Shown piece by piece: positions 6,959 to 10,101 of a stretch of DNA of 10,101 nt. Below the pieces are notes generated by a model. That model worked only from the letters and a program-made list of their open reading frames with translations, ran no database searches and was not told the origin of the DNA. This DNA is from a virus. The position numbers and the translations under genes are program-made. Within the stretch, counting starts at the first letter, position 1. Each line of letters opens with the position of its first letter. The DNA lies in the UHGV virus genome UHGV-0372619; one strand, written 5' to 3'.

Positions 6959-9900
6959 ATGGCAGTAAAGATTTCAGGTGTACTGAAAGACGGCACAGGA
7001 AAACCGGTACAGAACTGCACAATCCAGCTGAAAGCAAAACGTAACAGCACCACGGTGGTGGTGAACACGCTGGCCTCAGAAAATCCGGATGAAGCCGGGC
7101 GTTACAGCATGGACGTTGAGTACGGTCAGTACAGCGTTATTCTGTTGGTGGAGGGATTCCCGCCGTCACATGCCGGGACCATCACCGTGTATGAAGATTC
7201 TCAACCCGGTACGCTGAATGATTTTCTCGGTGCCATGACGGAGGATGATGCCCGTCCGGAGGCATTGCGACGTTTTGAACTGATGGTGGAAGAGGTGGCG
7301 CGTAACGCGTCCGCAGTGGCACAGAACACGGCAGCCGCGAAGAAGTCAGCCGGCGATGCCGGCACATCTGCCCGTGAGGCGGCAACCCATGCGACTGATG
7401 CTGCAGGCTCAGCACGCGCAGCCAGCACGTCAGCCGGACAGGCCGCTTCGTCGGCTCAGTCAGCGTCTTCCAGCGCAGGAACGGCATCAACAAAGGCCAC
7501 TGAAGCGGAAAAAAGTGCTGCCGCTGCAGAGTCCTCAAAAAGCGCGGCAGCTACCAGTGCCAGTGCCGCGAAAACGTCAGAAACGAATGCTGCAGCGTCA
7601 CAACAATCAGCAGCCACTTCTGCATCCACCGCGACTACGAAAGCGTCAGAAGCTGCCACCTCAGCCCGGGATGCGTCGGCTTCAAAAGAGGCGGCAAAAT
7701 CATCAGAAACGAACGCATCCTCGAGCGCCAGCAGCGCAGCTTCCTCGGCAACGGCGGCAGCAAATTCCGCGAAGGCGGCAAAAACGTCCGAGACGAACGC
7801 CAGGTCTTCTGAGACGGCAGCGGGACAGAGCGCCTCAGCTGCGGCAGGCTCAAAAACAGCGGCTGCGTCGTCTGCCAGTGCCGCGTCAACAAGTGCCGGG
7901 CAGGCCTCAGCCAGTGCCATCGCCGCCGGAAAATCGGCAGAAAGCGCCGCATCATCCGCTTCAACAGCCACAACGAAGGCTGGCGAAGCCACTGAACAGG
8001 CCAGCGCAGCAGCGAGGTCAGCTTCCGCAGCGAAGACATCCGAAACGAACGCGAAAGCGTCGGAAACCAGCGCAGAATCCTCAAAAACGGCTGCCGCATC
8101 GTCCGCCAGTTCGGCGGCGTCATCGGCCTCATCGGCGTCTGCTTCAAAAGATGAGGCGACCAGACAGGCGTCAGCAGCGAAGGGCAGCGCCACGACGGCA
8201 TCCACGAAGGCAACAGAGGCTGCTGGCAGTGCGACGGCGGCAGCACAGAGCAAAAGTACGGCAGAATCCGCAGCAACGCGCGCTGAGACAGCGGCAAAAC
8301 GGGCAGAGGATATTGCATCCGCCGTGGCGCTTGAGGATGCGAGCACGACGAAAAAGGGGATAGTCCAGCTCAGTAGTGCAACCAACAGCACATCTGAAAC
8401 GCTTGCCGCGACACCGAAGGCAGTTAAAGCAGCGAATGACAATGCGAATGGCAGGGTACCATCTAACCGAAAAGTTAACGGGAAAGCACTGACTGCGGAT
8501 ATAACATTAACACCGAAAGATATTGGCACTTTAAATTCAGTAACGATCTCTTTCTCTGGCGGGGCAGGGTGGTTCAAACTGGCAACGGTTACCATGCCAC
8601 AAGCGAGTTCCATCGTTTACATCGCATTGATTGGTGGCGCTGGTTACAACGTCGGCTCCCCACAGCAGGCAGGCATTTCAGAACTGGTTCTACGAGCAGG
8701 CAATGGAAACCCCAAAGGGATTACCGGAGCTTTGTGGAAGCGTACAGCCGTCGGATTAACGAATTTCGCCTGGATCAACACATCCGGCGATACATATGAT
8801 ATTTACGTTGAGATTGGCAATTATGCGACGAGTGTAAATATCCATTGGGATTGTACTACAAATGCGTCAGTTTCTATTTATACCTCGCCAACATATTCAG
8901 CGAGTAAGCCTTCCAGCGTTACCGATGGTGTTGTTTATACGATGTATAGCTCACATCAGAAACCTACACCATCAGATATTGGAGCGCTGCCAACGACTGG
9001 AGGGACTATTTCAGGTCCGTTGTCTGTTACTGATGGGATCACCGGGGCACTGAAGGGGAACGCCGATACCGCGACGAAACTTGCGGCAGCCCCAAAAATT
9101 AACGGTGTTAAGTTTGATGGCTCGGCGGATATTAACCTCACGCCGGAAAATATTGGTGCATTTGCCCGACGTTCGACGGGAGCTTATGCGGATTCGGATG
9201 GAGCCGTTCCCTGGAATGCCGAATCAGGCGCTTACAATGTCACCCGCTCTGGCGACAGCTATATTCTGGTTAACTTCTATACCGGAGTCGGAAGTTGCCG
9301 GACCTTGCAGATGAAGGCGCATTACAGAAATGGTGGTCTGTTCTACCGTTCTTCAAGAGACGGTTATGGTTTTGAGGAAGACTGGGCAGAAGTTTATACC
9401 TCGAAAAATCTTCCACCAGAAAGCTACCCAGTAGGCGCACCAATCCCGTGGCCATCAGATACCGTTCCGTCTGGTTATGCCCTGATGCAGGGGCAGACTT
9501 TTGACAAATCTGCCTACCCAAAACTTGCAGCCGCTTATCCGTCAGGCGTGATCCCTGATATGCGTGGCTGGACGATTAAGGGCAAACCTGCCAGTGGTCG
9601 AGCCGTATTATCTCAGGAACAGGACGGCATTAAATCGCACACCCACAGCGCCAGCGCATCCAGTACGGATTTGGGGACGAAAAACACATCGTCGTTTGAT
9701 TACGGAACCAAATCCACGAATAACACCGGGGCGCATACCCATAGTATTAGCGGGACTGCAAATAGTGCCGGTGCGCACCAACACAAGAGTTCCGGTGCAT
9801 TTGGTGGCACGAACACGAGCATTTTCCCTAATGGTTATACCGCGATTTCAAATCTAAGCGCGGGGATTATGAGCACAACAAGCGGTAGTGGCCAGACTCG

Positions 9901-10101
9901 TAATGCAGGGAAGACATCATCAGATGGTGCTCATACCCACTCGCTGTCCGGCACTGCTGCAAGCGCAGGCGCACATGCACATACTGTCGGTATTGGTGCT
10001 CATACGCACTCCGTTGCGATTGGCTCACATGGACACACCATCACCGTTAACGCTGCTGGTAACGCGGAAAACACCGTCAAAAACATCGCATTTAACTATA
10101 T
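6959..10101 (+). CDS. stf: Side tail fibre protein Stf, 3'-truncated by the window end (at least 1047 codons); mosaic of lambda-like N-terminus, Ala/Ser-rich repeats, inserted central module and lambda/T4 gp37-like His-rich C-terminal region
   Basis: My own translation from ATG 6959 stays open to the window end, which is presumably why the ORF track lacks it (no in-window stop). N-terminal [26 protein letters not shown]... and C-terminal ...[71 protein letters not shown]...[13 protein letters not shown]...[26 protein letters not shown] match lambda Stf as I recall it. By that recollection the stop should lie only a few codons beyond the window. Confidence 0.85.
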   Translation, partial: MAVKISGVLKDGTGKPVQNCTIQLKAKRNSTTVVVNTLASENPDEAGRYSMDVEYGQYSVILLVEGFPPSHAGTITVYEDSQPGTLNDFLGAMTEDDARPEALRRFELMVEEVARNASAVAQNTAAAKKSAGDAGTSAREAATHATDAAGSARAASTSAGQAASSAQSASSSAGTASTKATEAEKSAAAAESSKSAAATSASAAKTSETNAAASQQSAATSASTATTKASEAATSARDASASKEAAKSSETNASSSASSAASSATAAANSAKAAKTSETNARSSETAAGQSASAAAGSKTAAASSASAASTSAGQASASAIAAGKSAESAASSASTATTKAGEATEQASAAARSASAAKTSETNAKASETSAESSKTAAASSASSAASSASSASASKDEATRQASAAKGSATTASTKATEAAGSATAAAQSKSTAESAATRAETAAKRAEDIASAVALEDASTTKKGIVQLSSATNSTSETLAATPKAVKAANDNANGRVPSNRKVNGKALTADITLTPKDIGTLNSVTISFSGGAGWFKLATVTMPQASSIVYIALIGGAGYNVGSPQQAGISELVLRAGNGNPKGITGALWKRTAVGLTNFAWINTSGDTYDIYVEIGNYATSVNIHWDCTTNASVSIYTSPTYSASKPSSVTDGVVYTMYSSHQKPTPSDIGALPTTGGTISGPLSVTDGITGALKGNADTATKLAAAPKINGVKFDGSADINLTPENIGAFARRSTGAYADSDGAVPWNAESGAYNVTRSGDSYILVNFYTGVGSCRTLQMKAHYRNGGLFYRSSRDGYGFEEDWAEVYTSKNLPPESYPVGAPIPWPSDTVPSGYALMQGQTFDKSAYPKLAAAYPSGVIPDMRGWTIKGKPASGRAVLSQEQDGIKSHTHSASASSTDLGTKNTSSFDYGTKSTNNTGAHTHSISGTANSAGAHQHKSSGAFGGTNTSIFPNGYTAISNLSAGIMSTTSGSGQTRNAGKTSSDGAHTHSLSGTAASAGAHAHTVGIGAHTHSVAIGSHGHTITVNAAGNAENTVKNIAFNY
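7330..8300 (+). repeat. Degenerate tandem Ala/Ser/Thr-rich repeats inside stf, with recurring A-K-T/S-S-E-T-N-A units
   Basis: Recurring nucleotide motif GC[GA]AA[AG]AC[GA]TC[AC]GA[AG]AC[GA]AA[CT]GC at about 7568, 7694, 7788 and 8039, encoding AKTSETNA / AKSSETNA. The surrounding sequence is almost entirely A/S/T/E/K. This also creates the spurious Ala-rich reverse ORF and Arg-rich +1 ORF over the same span. Confidence 0.6.

Noticed and set aside
7356-8363. 335-aa + strand Arg/Pro/Gln-rich ORF
   Set aside because: It is the +1 frame of stf across the repeat tract, with no homology signal and extreme basic composition. The stf frame starting at 6959 is the real gene.
7456-8613. 385-aa reverse-strand Ala-rich ORF
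   Set aside because: Mirror-image reading of the Ala/Ser-rich stf repeat region (GCN-rich codons read antisense still give Ala/Asp/Glu-rich sequence). The forward frame continues the lambda-like Stf.
8569-9857. Small + and - strand ORFs (8569..8799, 8862..9053, 8956..9141, 9081..9314, 9270..9521, 9564..9857)
   Set aside because: All fall inside the continuous stf reading frame in other frames or on the other strand. They are short, and the stf frame carries the recognisable fibre motifs.
1-10101. Search for CRISPR arrays, tRNA/rRNA genes, integrase or transposase genes, attachment sites
   Set aside because: No regularly spaced direct repeats with spacers, no tRNA-like cloverleaf candidates, and no ORFs with recombinase or transposase character were seen. 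The window is entirely late-operon tail genes plus morons.

Overview
This window is the distal tail-tip and fibre module of a lambda-like (lambdoid) siphovirus or prophage, all on the + strand: the last codons of the tape-measure gene H, then M, L, K, I, an inserted lipoprotein gene, J, lom and a long side tail fibre gene (stf) that runs off the 3' end. Gene identities rest on my recollection of the phage lambda proteins, whose M, L, K, I, Lom, most of J and the ends of Stf the translations match very closely; no database search was run. Three things are not explained by a plain lambda backbone: (1) a strongly AT-rich self-contained cassette between I and J encoding a ~112-aa predicted lipoprotein with no lambda counterpart, which is the best candidate for an undescribed accessory function; (2) a divergent, lower-GC C-terminal domain of J, suggesting a swapped receptor-binding domain; (3) a mosaic, extended Stf (more than 1040 aa in the window against ~774 aa as I recall for lambda) with an inserted lower-GC central module. 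No tRNA, rRNA, CRISPR array or transposase is visible. All long reverse-strand ORFs in the track look like artefacts of GC-rich or Ala/Ser-rich coding sequence.
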